Shown: piece after piece, positions 37,268 through 45,831 of the stretch
How the letters are laid out: each line of letters begins with the position of its first letter
How positions within the stretch are numbered: position 1 is the first letter of the stretch
Origin: Candidatus Saccharicenans sp.
GTDB lineage: Bacteria > Acidobacteriota > Aminicenantia > Aminicenantales > Saccharicenantaceae
DNA: 64,000 bases
Reading direction: 5' to 3'
Assembly: GCA_017992175.1 (NCBI GenBank)
Contig: JAGOPD010000007.1
Span: 1,164-65,163 of the forward strand
Program-made: the position numbers and the translations under genes
The notes under the pieces: model-generated
The model's database searches: none
What the model saw: only the letters and a program-made list of their open reading frames with translations
What the model was told of the DNA's origin: nothing

Positions 37268-38758
37268 TTATTCCAACTGACCGTTCATGTATCTTAGATA
37301 TTCTTCTGCCCGCTCTGGTGGCCGGGTAAAATGACTGACCACAACTACGGCTATAAAAGACAGAATAAAAGCCGGCACATATTCGGCGATAGCCGCTCTG
37401 AGAGAAGGAATAAGATACCAGACAACTTCGGTCACCGATCCAACCAGAATCCCGGCGATGGCTCCTTCTCTGGTCGTCCTCTTCCAGTAGAGCGAGAGGA
37501 GGATAGCCGGTCCAAAAGCTGCGCCCAGGCCGCCCCAGGCAAAAAGGACAAGATAAAAAATGAGTTTATCCCCATAGGCAGCTAAGAAAATAGCAATGAC
37601 AGAGACCAGCAGGGTGACCAGCCGGCTACACCAGACCAGTCTTTTTTCCGGAATCTGACGCCCGGCAGCTAAAATCTTCTGGTAAGCATCCCGGACCACA
37701 GCCGAAGAGGCCACCAGTAACTGGGAAGAGGCGGTGGACATAATGGCGGCAAAAATAGCAGCGATGGTCAATCCAAAAAGAAAAGGATGGAGATGCTGGG
37801 AACCGAGCAAAGGATAAACGTTCTCTGGATCCTGGTTGGGCAGGTTGGCGGCACTCTGATAAATAGCCCGCCCGGCCAGCCCGATAAAAATAGAACCCCA
37901 GCCCATCAGCACATTCCAAACAGTCCCGATGAGGCCTGTTTGATTGAGTTTTTCCGGGTTCTCAATACTCATATATTTATTCAAGATGTGGGGGTTACCT
38001 GGAGAGCCAAAGCCGATACCCAGAAAACCAATTAAGGCCCCGACTGACAGGGCTAAGGGATCGAGGTAGCCAGGAGAGATATCTTTCAGGCTGCAGAGAA
38101 GCTTACCCAGCCCGCCGAACTGAGCTATGGCGATAATGGGCAGAATCATCAGAGCAAAAATCATGAAGATGCCCTGAAGCATATCAGTCAGACAAACAGC
38201 CAGAAAGCCGCCCAGGACAGTATAAAAAATGACAATTCCCGCTGTAATCAATATGCCTTGCTGGTGAGTTACATTAAAACTGGCCGAAAGAGATTTTCCT
38301 CCGGCACTGAACTGAGCTGAGACATAGGCGGTCATAAAAATTAGAATAGGAATCAAAGAAACCAGCCGGAGCAGGTGCCGGTGGTCATCAAATCTTGACT
38401 CCATATAATCCGGGATGGTGATATCACCTTTTTGGCCGGTAAAATAACGTAACCTTTTCCCGGCAGAAATAAACATAAAGAGTTCAACCAGAACATAGCC
38501 AACGACCGACCAGACAGCTGAGACGCCGCGGGCAAAAGCCATGCCTGACACTCCAATGAGCAGCCAGGCCGAACGGCCGGAAGTGACAGCTGACAGAGCG
38601 ACCACAAAGGATTTCATTTTGCGGCCGCCCAGGAAGAATTCTCCTATTCCCCGGGAGGAGAAATGGGTGGTAATGAGACCAACGGCCACCATCATAATGA
38701 CATAAAGTAAAAAGGCAGCCAGGGCCCAGGGACTGGTCTGAACACCAAGAACGTTCAT
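37268..38758 (-). CDS. sodium:solute symporter family transporter (PutP/PanF-like)
   Basis: 496 aa with about 13 TM helices and an SSS-type sequence pattern. Confidence 0.8.
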   Translation of the reverse strand: MNVLGVQTSPWALAAFLLYVIMMVAVGLITTHFSSRGIGEFFLGGRKMKSFVVALSAVTSGRSAWLLIGVSGMAFARGVSAVWSVVGYVLVELFMFISAGKRLRYFTGQKGDITIPDYMESRFDDHRHLLRLVSLIPILIFMTAYVSAQFSAGGKSLSASFNVTHQQGILITAGIVIFYTVLGGFLAVCLTDMLQGIFMIFALMILPIIAIAQFGGLGKLLCSLKDISPGYLDPLALSVGALIGFLGIGFGSPGNPHILNKYMSIENPEKLNQTGLIGTVWNVLMGWGSIFIGLAGRAIYQSAANLPNQDPENVYPLLGSQHLHPFLFGLTIAAIFAAIMSTASSQLLVASSAVVRDAYQKILAAGRQIPEKRLVWCSRLVTLLVSVIAIFLAAYGDKLIFYLVLFAWGGLGAAFGPAILLSLYWKRTTREGAIAGILVGSVTEVVWYLIPSLRAAIAEYVPAFILSFIAVVVVSHFTRPPERAEEYLRYMNGQLE

Positions 38759-38847
38759 TTTGACCCTCCTTTATTCAGGGTCAGAATAAAGGCTAAAAGA
38801 ATAATAGCGGCAGGCAAAATAAACAGGGCAAAAATGGTAGCAAACAT
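38755..38847 (-). CDS. 30-aa single-TM peptide translationally coupled to the SSS transporter
   Basis: Sequence MFATIFALFILPAAIILLAFILTLNKGGSK. A GGAGG lies 6 nt upstream of its ATG. Its TGA overlaps the transporter ATG (ATGA), and its 3' end carries the transporter's AAGGAGGG ribosome-binding site. Confidence 0.5.
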   Translation of the reverse strand: MFATIFALFILPAAIILLAFILTLNKGGSK

Positions 38848-39057
38848 AGCCGGCCTCCTTTACTTTAAGCCAAATAAAATATCACAGAGACCAGCTGCCT
38901 GGCAATAATCTTCTGGCGGATGAGTCTGATCTTTCCCGGGGGCAGAAATAAGATTAAAGCTCGAGACTAAAGAGGGTCCGGAGTTCAGCTTTTGGTGGCA
39001 TAAAGCCTCTGGTTGTGTTATTAATAAATGTCGCCTTGATTTTGGAGGAGGCTTTTT

Positions 39058-41199
39058 ATGAAGGATAAGAAAATGTTAGTTTTTAGCCTGGCTTTAGTTA
39101 CGGTCGGACTGGGGCTGGTGCTGGCGGCTTGCCGTCAACCGGCCCAGGAAAAAATCATTTATCCTCAGACCAAAAAGGTCGAGGTGGTTGATGATTATTT
39201 TGGAACGAAAGTGCCCGATCCCTACCGCTGGCTGGAAGATGATAATTCGGAGGAGACCAAAAAGTGGGTCGAAGAGCAAAATAAGATAACTTTCGGCTAC
39301 CTGGATAAAATCCCTTACCGGCAGAAAATAGGGCAGAGATTAAAAGATCTCTATAATTACCCGCGTCTTGGACAGCCGTTTAGAGCCGGAGAATATTTCT
39401 TCTTTTATAAGAATGACGGGCTTCAGAATCAGTCGGTGATTTATGTTCAAAAAGGCCTGGACGGTCAGCCTGAAGTTTTTATTGATCCCAATCAACTGTC
39501 TCCGGACGGAACCATTAGAATCGGGTTGGCCGGTGTTTCCACCGATTTCAAATATATGGCTATCGCCCGGTCTGAGGCTGGCTCGGACTGGTCGGAAATA
39601 AGAGTGATGGAAATTGCTGGCAAAAAGGAACTGCCTGACCTTATTCGCTGGGTAAAATTCTCAGCTGCTTCCTGGTATAAAGACGGCTTTTTCTACAGCG
39701 GCTATGACCAGCCGGCTGCCGGTCAGGAGCTTAAGGCCCGCAATGAATATCAGAAGATTTTTTATCATAAACTCGGCGATCCTCAGGAAAAGGATCAGTT
39801 GATTTATGTCGATAAAGAACATCCTTTAAGATATGTCAGTTTGGGAGTGACCGAGGACCAGAAATACGGTATTCTGGTGATTTCAGCCGGAACCTCGGGC
39901 AATGAAATTCACTGGAAAGATTTAAGCCAGGAAAAATCGGCTTTTAAATTGTTGATTCCAGGCTTTGACTATGACAGTGAAGTTATTGATAATCTTGGAG
40001 ATAAGTTTCTGGTCAGAACCAATATTGAGGCTGCCAATTACCGGCTGGTCCTGGTTGATCCAGCTAAACCAGCTAAAGAAAACTGGCAGGTTGTTCTGGC
40101 GGAAAAACCCCAGGTTTTAACGGCGGCCGCCACGGCTGGTGGATACCTTTTCGCGACTTACCTGGAGGATGCTCAGACCAAGGTCTATCAGTTTAAGCCT
40201 GACGGGCAGCTCCTTCGCGAAATTGAATTACCGGCTATTGGCACTGCGGCTGGCTTTGGCGGCTGGCGGGATGATAAATTTATTTTCTATACTTTTAATT
40301 CTTTTAATTACCCGCCCACCATTTACAAGTATGATCTGGCGACAGGAAAATCCGAGGTTTTTAATCAGCAACAGGTCAAATTTAATCCTCAGGACTACGA
40401 GGTTAAACAGGTTTTTTATACCAGCCGTGATGGGACCAAAGTGCCGATGTTTATTGTTTATCGGAAGGGCCTGGTCTTAAATGGCAAAAATCCAACTTTT
40501 CTGACGGCTTATGGCGGCTTCAATATCAGTCTGCTGCCGGCCTTTAATCCTTCGATTGTTCCCATTCTCGAAAACGGAGGAGTCTTTGCTCAACCCAATA
40601 TCCGGGGCGGCGGAGAATATGGCGAGAACTGGCACCGGGCTGGCATGCTGCAGAATAAACAAAATGTCTTTGATGATTTTATAGCGGCGGCTGAATATTT
40701 GATCAAAGAGAAATACACCTCACCCAAATATCTGGCTATTTCTGGTGCTTCCAATGGCGGCCTGCTGGTTGGGGCGGCTATGACCCAGAGGCCTGACCTG
40801 TTTGGGGTGGCCTTCCCGGCGGTAGGCGTCATGGACATGCTCAGGTACCACAAATTTACCGTCGGCTGGGGCTGGATGGTTGAATATGGCTCAAGCGATG
40901 ATCCGGAACAGTTCAAATATCTGATTAGATATTCGCCGCTCCATAATATTAAAGACGGGGTCTGCTATCCGGCGACCATGGTCACAACGGCTGATCATGA
41001 TGACCGGGTGGTCCCGGCTCATTCCTTTAAATTTGCGGCCACTCTGCAGGAAAAGCAGGCCTGTAATAATCCGGTGCTGATCAGGATTGAGACCAGATCC
41101 GGCCACGGCTCGAGCAACATCACCAAGGCCCTGGACGAACTGACTGACGAATATTCCTTTATGTTTAAGATTATGGGGGTAAAGCCGGTTTATGAATGA
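39058..41199 (+). CDS. prolyl oligopeptidase (S9A)
   Basis: 713 aa with a lipoprotein-like signal, a beta-propeller region, the catalytic GASNGGLL serine motif, and C-terminal D and H residues (ADHDDRV, GHG). Confidence 0.9.
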   Translation: MKDKKMLVFSLALVTVGLGLVLAACRQPAQEKIIYPQTKKVEVVDDYFGTKVPDPYRWLEDDNSEETKKWVEEQNKITFGYLDKIPYRQKIGQRLKDLYNYPRLGQPFRAGEYFFFYKNDGLQNQSVIYVQKGLDGQPEVFIDPNQLSPDGTIRIGLAGVSTDFKYMAIARSEAGSDWSEIRVMEIAGKKELPDLIRWVKFSAASWYKDGFFYSGYDQPAAGQELKARNEYQKIFYHKLGDPQEKDQLIYVDKEHPLRYVSLGVTEDQKYGILVISAGTSGNEIHWKDLSQEKSAFKLLIPGFDYDSEVIDNLGDKFLVRTNIEAANYRLVLVDPAKPAKENWQVVLAEKPQVLTAAATAGGYLFATYLEDAQTKVYQFKPDGQLLREIELPAIGTAAGFGGWRDDKFIFYTFNSFNYPPTIYKYDLATGKSEVFNQQQVKFNPQDYEVKQVFYTSRDGTKVPMFIVYRKGLVLNGKNPTFLTAYGGFNISLLPAFNPSIVPILENGGVFAQPNIRGGGEYGENWHRAGMLQNKQNVFDDFIAAAEYLIKEKYTSPKYLAISGASNGGLLVGAAMTQRPDLFGVAFPAVGVMDMLRYHKFTVGWGWMVEYGSSDDPEQFKYLIRYSPLHNIKDGVCYPATMVTTADHDDRVVPAHSFKFAATLQEKQACNNPVLIRIETRSGHGSSNITKALDELTDEYSFMFKIMGVKPVYE

Positions 41200-41343
41200 G
41201 AGAAAAAAAGAAAAGCAGGAATAGGAAAGCCAGTAGTTAGCTGAGGATCAATCCAAAAATCTCAGGCCGCAGCTTGCTATCAGTCTTTTTATGAATTAAA
41301 ATCAAAATAAGCAAGGTAATTCAGGTTTAGAGGAGAGATTGAC

Positions 41344-41802
41344 ATGAGAAGAAAAGCAATGTGTTTGGCCATCCTGCTGCTGGTTTGTCTATCGGCTGGC
41401 CTCCTTCAGGCTCAGGAGAAGAAGTTAGGGTTGGGTATTATCCTCGGAGAACCGACCGGGGTTATTGTCAAATACTGGACTGGTAGCCGCACAGCTTTTG
41501 ATGTTGCTGGTTCCTGGTCATTTTCCGGCGAAGATTCTTTCCATCTTCACGCTGATTATCTTTTCCACAATTTCAATCTTTTTAAAGTAGAAAAAGGCAA
41601 GCTGCCCTTTTATTATGGCATTGGGGCCCGGTTAAGCCTGCAGGATGAGACGAGATTTGGCATAAAATTCCCCTTGGGCCTGAGCTACATTTTTGAAGAT
41701 ACCCCGCTTGACATCTTTTTTGAAATCGGTCCGGTTATGGATTTAATTCCAGATACGGAAATTCACGTTCTGGGCTTTATCGGCTTCAGGTATTATTTTT
41801 AA
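41344..41802 (+). CDS. small outer-membrane beta-barrel protein
   Basis: 152 aa with a signal peptide, alternating beta-strand pattern and a C-terminal aromatic residue (RYYF). Confidence 0.6.
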   Translation: MRRKAMCLAILLLVCLSAGLLQAQEKKLGLGIILGEPTGVIVKYWTGSRTAFDVAGSWSFSGEDSFHLHADYLFHNFNLFKVEKGKLPFYYGIGARLSLQDETRFGIKFPLGLSYIFEDTPLDIFFEIGPVMDLIPDTEIHVLGFIGFRYYF

Positions 41803-42006
41803 TTAGCCTGTCAGATTTTTTATTAATTACTCTTTTGGGCTATTTTCATTTCCAAACTGTCACTTTTAAAAGGCAGTAGTTAATATCAGGCAATTGTCAG
41901 TCAGTTCTTAGTCAATTTAGTCAATTCATAGACAAAGTTTTTTCTGACTGGTGTCCCTGGCAACTCTGTAAGCAGATCTTGAGTGTCTGCTAAATGTCCG
42001 CTATAT

Positions 42007-42047
42007 GCAATCAATAGGCAATCAATAGGCAAATGAGGCAATGAGAG
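42007..42047. repeat. short tandem repeat (11-mer x2 plus two degenerate copies)
   Basis: gcaatcaatag gcaatcaatag gcaaatgag gcaatgagag, located in an AT-rich non-coding stretch. Confidence 0.6.
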
Positions 42048-42080
42048 AGCGATAACCTAAGGAACTGCCGGTCACAATTT

Positions 42081-42479
42081 GCTCCTTTTCCTAATAATTC
42101 GTTCAGAGTCAATTATCTTAAGTTGTTTGTCTGTGTTCCCCGAGCACGGACTTAACTTGCGCTTAATACCGGGTCAGTCTAATTGGCCTGAATAAAAAAT
42201 GAGTGGAAATTTAGCTGAAAAAGTTTAAAATTTTTGAAAAGTCTTATTTTGACCTGAGGAGACTATTAGTGCTGTCGTTAGCTGAGCAAATAATTCTGAC
42301 GCTCCTGGTGCTGGCTACCATCGTTGTCTTCTTCGTCCCGATCATCAAACGGATCTGGACTATAGCCTCCTGCCAGTCTGAAAACCGCTTTGACTCGCTC
42401 CTTAAAAGATTTTTTTACACTCTTTTCCGGGTGATTCTCCAGCTCTGCACGCTCCGCAACGAAAGAATCTGGACCGGGC
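42081..42479. repeat. copy A of a ~400-bp segment duplicated at 46193-46595
   Basis: 42194-42479 aligns without gaps to 46310-46595 (offset 4116), with about 13 mismatches counted by eye. 42081-42193 aligns to 46193-46309 at much lower identity. Confidence 0.8.
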
Positions 42480-42508
42480 ACTTTGCCAGAAGTTTCCTTG
42501 TGGAGTAA
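42269..42508 (+). pseudogene. truncated 5' copy of the membrane Fe-S oxidoreductase gene
   Basis: The first 70 codons match the N-terminus of the 46382 gene (LSLAE.IILTLLVLATIVVFF...LRNERIWTG). The frame then runs into unrelated transposase-derived sequence at 42480. Confidence 0.75.
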
Positions 42509-42852
42509 GAGGCCAGGGGCTAAACCTCATCTCAGACAATGGGTCATAGCCAACCTCGGTAGCCTTTATGACGGAGACAGCCGGGTTAGATATTAATCAG
42601 ATTTTCTGTTCTTATGACAATCCACGGGGCAACGCTGAAACCGAACGGGTCATTCGGACCATCAAAGAAGAGCTGCTGTGGTTGCCGGAGTTCGGCTCCT
42701 TTGAGGAAGCTGAGGCCAGAATCGCTGTCTGGATAAGTGGAGACTATAATCGTCTCTATGTCCACTCGGTTCTGGTGTATCTAAGCCCAGAGGAGTTTGC
42801 TCAGGGGCGGGCTCAAACACAGGAAGCTACATCGCAGGGAGCTCAAATATGA
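42480..42852 (+). mobile_element. 3' fragment of a DDE (rve integrase-core) transposase, inactivated
   Basis: The frame reads ...GLNLISDNGS*PTSVAFMTETAGLDINQIFCSYDNPRGNAETERVIRTIKEELLW...YNRLYVHS.L.YLSPEEF. It lacks the N-terminal two thirds and carries an in-frame TAG. Confidence 0.75.
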
Positions 42853-43133
42853 ACCGGGTTAAAGCCACAGCCTGTAATCCAAACGATATGGATTATTTTT
42901 GTGAAAAGAACTCTATCTCTCAATGCGAGAAAAAAGTGTCTTGCTTTTCGGGGTTCACTACAAGATAATGTTTTTTCTTTGCTGATATTAATAACATCAG
43001 CAGCAATTAAAGGATCGATGGCCAAACTAATATCTCTTTCTGAATAAATACCAACAGCCTGAACTAGCTTGTGCGGAAGGAATAAGCTCCAAATTAATAT
43101 TAATAAAAACCAAATTTTAAAATATTTCTTCAT
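42843..43133 (-). CDS. small signal-peptide ORF, possibly a truncated remnant
   Basis: 96 aa with a hydrophobic N-terminus (KIWFLLILIWSLFL). Its 3' end runs into the transposase fragment and the surrounding sequence is AT-rich. Confidence 0.3.
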   Translation of the reverse strand: MKKYFKIWFLLILIWSLFLPHKLVQAVGIYSERDISLAIDPLIAADVINISKEKTLSCSEPRKARHFFLALRDRVLFTKIIHIVWITGCGFNPVHI

Positions 43134-43247
43134 TTTAATTCTTCATCTTAATTTATGGTCTTTTCGGGCCGCTACCTATTTGTTATATGCTATATTAAAA
43201 AAATTAAAAAGGCTAATGATTTCAAAACAAATCATTAGCCCTGAATT

Positions 43248-43793
43248 TTATTTATAGTTTTTCAGTTTCCCATCTCCCGTAATCCAAAATATAGCCATTC
43301 TGGAAACATCTGTTTTATACGGACAAATCCCGATATCACATTTAGTAATGTTTTTCAGTTCCAACACATCTCCAGTTTCTACAACTTTTAAGATAATCCT
43401 GCTACCAACAGTAACAGACCCTTCATCAACACCATCCCAACGTTTTAAATCCATAAAACAAATCTTATGAGGGCTCCCACCCTCGTTACTTGCTATACTA
43501 TAGGGTATCAATGATGTAAATGTGTATTCATCTATTTTAGTAAAATATTCAGAACCTCTAAGCATTTCTTCGGTATAAGGCAGGGAACTATTCCAACTTG
43601 CTCTTGCGATGTAACAATAAATATCATCTGGTCTTTCAGGTGAAAGAATATTTTCACGAATATAAGTAATTTCAATTTTATAATAAACTGTTGGTTGGTC
43701 TGGGGAAGTAGGAGTGTCTTTACAGGAAAAAAACAAAACAAAAACAGAAAGAAAAATAAACAAACAAATAATCAAAATGATATTTCTTTTCAC
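43248..43793 (-). CDS. lipoprotein family member 1 (unknown function)
   Basis: GTG start 6 nt after AGGAGG. Signal peptide MKRNIILIICLFIFLSVFVLFFSC followed by KDTP. The mature domain is only skeleton-similar to members 2 and 3. Confidence 0.65.
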   Translation of the reverse strand: MKRNIILIICLFIFLSVFVLFFSCKDTPTSPDQPTVYYKIEITYIRENILSPERPDDIYCYIARASWNSSLPYTEEMLRGSEYFTKIDEYTFTSLIPYSIASNEGGSPHKICFMDLKRWDGVDEGSVTVGSRIILKVVETGDVLELKNITKCDIGICPYKTDVSRMAIFWITGDGKLKNYK

Positions 43794-43856
43794 TTAACAC
43801 CTCCTAAAATCTAAAATTTCTGTCCCCATCTCTGGAGATGTCCCTCTCGGACTTTT

Positions 43857-44384
43857 TTATTGAGGTTCAGAAATGATTCTCCCATCCTGGGTTAATTGGA
43901 AAAATGCTGCTCTTGCCTTTGGCCCCTGGTGTGCATTGGTCGGAAGGGTATAGGGTCTGATATCCTTTAGTTCTTTAACAAATCCGGTTTCTTTAACCGT
44001 AACAACGAAAATATCGCCAACCATTACAGAGCTATTATCAGAGCCATCATATCTTGACATGTCTAAACAATGGAAATAGTAATCTTGCCGCGGAGTAGCC
44101 CATAATTCACCATAAAGATGATAATCATCAGTTGTTATCCGTAAAGTAGCGCCGAAATCACCTTCTCTTGCTAAAGTCATCAAATAGAGATTAATAGCTC
44201 GCGCTGCGCCGACATCTGGATTAATATAGGTTCTGATATATTGGATTTGCAGAGTATAGTATTTTTCTGGTTGTGGTGGGGGTGTTGGACTTGGGGAAAA
44301 TGGAGTATCTTTACAGGAAAAAAACAAAACAAAAACAGAAAGAAAAATAAACAAACAAATAATCAAAATGATATTTCTTTTCAC
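43857..44384 (-). CDS. lipoprotein family member 2 (unknown function)
   Basis: The 5'UTR and first 26 codons are identical to member 1, followed by a Pro-rich tether SPSPTPPPQPE. About 90 percent identical to member 3. Confidence 0.7.
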   Translation of the reverse strand: MKRNIILIICLFIFLSVFVLFFSCKDTPFSPSPTPPPQPEKYYTLQIQYIRTYINPDVGAARAINLYLMTLAREGDFGATLRITTDDYHLYGELWATPRQDYYFHCLDMSRYDGSDNSSVMVGDIFVVTVKETGFVKELKDIRPYTLPTNAHQGPKARAAFFQLTQDGRIISEPQ

Positions 44385-44447
44385 TTAACACCTCCTAAAA
44401 TCTAAAATTTCTGTCCCCATCTCTGGAGATGTCCCTCTCGGACTTTT

Positions 44448-44972
44448 TTATTGAGGTTCAGAAATGATTCTCCCATCCTGGGTTAATTGGAAAAATGCTG
44501 CTCTTGCCTTCGGACCCTGTCTTGCATTGGTCGGAAGGGTATATGGCCTGATATCCTTTAGTTCTTTAACAAATCCGGTTTCTTTAACCGTAATAATAAA
44601 AATATCGCCAACCATTGAAGAGCTCAAGTCAGAGCCATCATATCTTGACATATCGTAACAATGGAAATAGTAATCTTGCCGCGGAGTAGCCCATAATTCG
44701 CCATAAAGATGGTAATCATCAGTTGTTATCTGTAAAGTAGCGCCGATATCGCCTGTCATTGCTAAATTCATCAAATAAATATGAACAGTCCTTGTTGCAC
44801 CAACATCTGGATTAATATAGGTTCTGATATATTGAATTTGCAGAGTATAGTATTTTTCTGGTTGTGGTGGGGGTGTTGGACTTGGGGAAAATGGAGTATC
44901 TTTACAGGAAAAAAACAAAGCAAAAACAGAAAAAAATAAACACAAAAATCCAATCAAACTGATTTTTTTCAC
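44448..44972 (-). CDS. lipoprotein family member 3 (unknown function)
   Basis: A GTG at 44972 is preceded by GGGAGG plus 6 nt, giving VKKISLIGFLCLFFSVFALFFSC-KDTP. The track's longer 218-aa form (start 45104) adds a non-signal-like extension. Confidence 0.7.
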   Translation of the reverse strand: MKKISLIGFLCLFFSVFALFFSCKDTPFSPSPTPPPQPEKYYTLQIQYIRTYINPDVGATRTVHIYLMNLAMTGDIGATLQITTDDYHLYGELWATPRQDYYFHCYDMSRYDGSDLSSSMVGDIFIITVKETGFVKELKDIRPYTLPTNARQGPKARAAFFQLTQDGRIISEPQ

Positions 44973-45226
44973 TTGGCACCTCCCAAAAAAATTTAGGGAA
45001 TAAGAAATTGGTTTTGGGCTGGGCTGGCTAGATGATCTCTTGGGCGCCAATTTTGCCCCCTCCCCTCGCAGGGAATGATAAATCGGGGTATTGGAGCTTG
45101 TCAAGTTTGGCTGAAAACCGGTCGCATGGGGCTAGCCAGTCGAGGACGAGCCTAAAGGTGCCGGAAATCGGACAGACCTCTCTTCCCTGGGGAAGGAACG
45201 GTTATGAAAAATATTCAGCGCCTGCC

Positions 45227-45601
45227 TCAGCGGCACGCAGAACTTCCTGATAGGCGAGGCGGGGGAGGCTTGTCGGCGATGAAGGTGAGGTTGAGGTGGT
45301 TGATGATTCTATCCACCACCTTATGGTCGGTGAGGAAAGAGATGATCTTCATGGTGCTGCCGCAGTGAGGACAAAGCATCGGGTCAACCTCATAGACCTT
45401 ACAGATCATCTCAGCCCAGCCCTTGGAGGGGATATGGGAGACGACCCGGGCAATGAACTCCAGGTAGTCCAGCCGGTCCACCCCTTTGGCTTCTTTCCCA
45501 TACCTGTAAAGGACCGTGCGCTCAGGATGACGGGGGCGATAAATCCCTGCCATACCAGGAAGAATATCCAGGAAACAGGCCAGAAGGGAGCGCCGGCTCA
45601 T
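45227..45601 (-). mobile_element. internally deleted IS91-family-like transposase remnant
   Basis: 124-aa ORF. It joins an N-terminal-like piece (YRPRHPERTVLYR) to C-terminal-like pieces (LDYLEFIARVVSHIPSKG; KVYEVDPMLCPHCGSTMKIISF) without the catalytic core. Confidence 0.55.
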
Positions 45602-45651
45602 TTTCCCCTAGAAACGGCTGTCGGCAGACTAACTCATCACTCCAAAATCAT

Positions 45652-45696
45652 CAACAAGAGTTGACCAAAAGATCGCCGTTTTGACAACTCCTGTTG
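45652..45696. repeat. 12-nt inverted repeat (11/12 pairing) next to the IS91-like remnant
   Basis: CAACAAGAGTTG (45652-45663) and CAACTCCTGTTG (45685-45696), 21 nt apart. Confidence 0.4.
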
Positions 45697-45831
45697 ATAA
45701 AGCCAGGCGCTTTCAGAATAGAAACCGCCACCGTCTCGTGTCTTCGAGGAGGGCGGCCTGATGGCGGCCTAACCTGGAATAGAGTAATCCCGACTAATAT
45801 GGAATAAAAGAAGTTCCATCCGCGCCAGTCA

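Larger units (their letters stand above)
43794..44975. repeat. two head-to-tail 591-bp tandem units carrying lipoprotein genes 2 and 3
   Basis: The offset between equivalent positions is 591 nt. The block 43717-43919 is identical to 44308-44510 by eye. Confidence 0.75.

Noticed and set aside
42007-42047. Short tandem repeats that could hint at a CRISPR array or iterons.
   Set aside because: The units are 9-11 nt with no spacers, and there are only four copies. No cas genes or longer regular repeat-spacer pattern occur anywhere in the window.
43248-44975. A diversity-generating retroelement as the source of the variable patch in the lipoprotein paralogs.
   Set aside because: The window has no reverse transcriptase gene and no template-repeat/variable-repeat pair with adenine-specific differences. 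The variation is between paralogous genes, not between a TR and a VR.
44973-45104. The 44-codon N-terminal extension of lipoprotein gene 3 in the ORF track (218-aa form starting MTSSNTPIYHSL).
   Set aside because: The extension is hydrophilic and precedes the signal peptide. The GTG at 44972 has the same GGAGG-N6 context as the two paralogs and yields a standard signal peptide.
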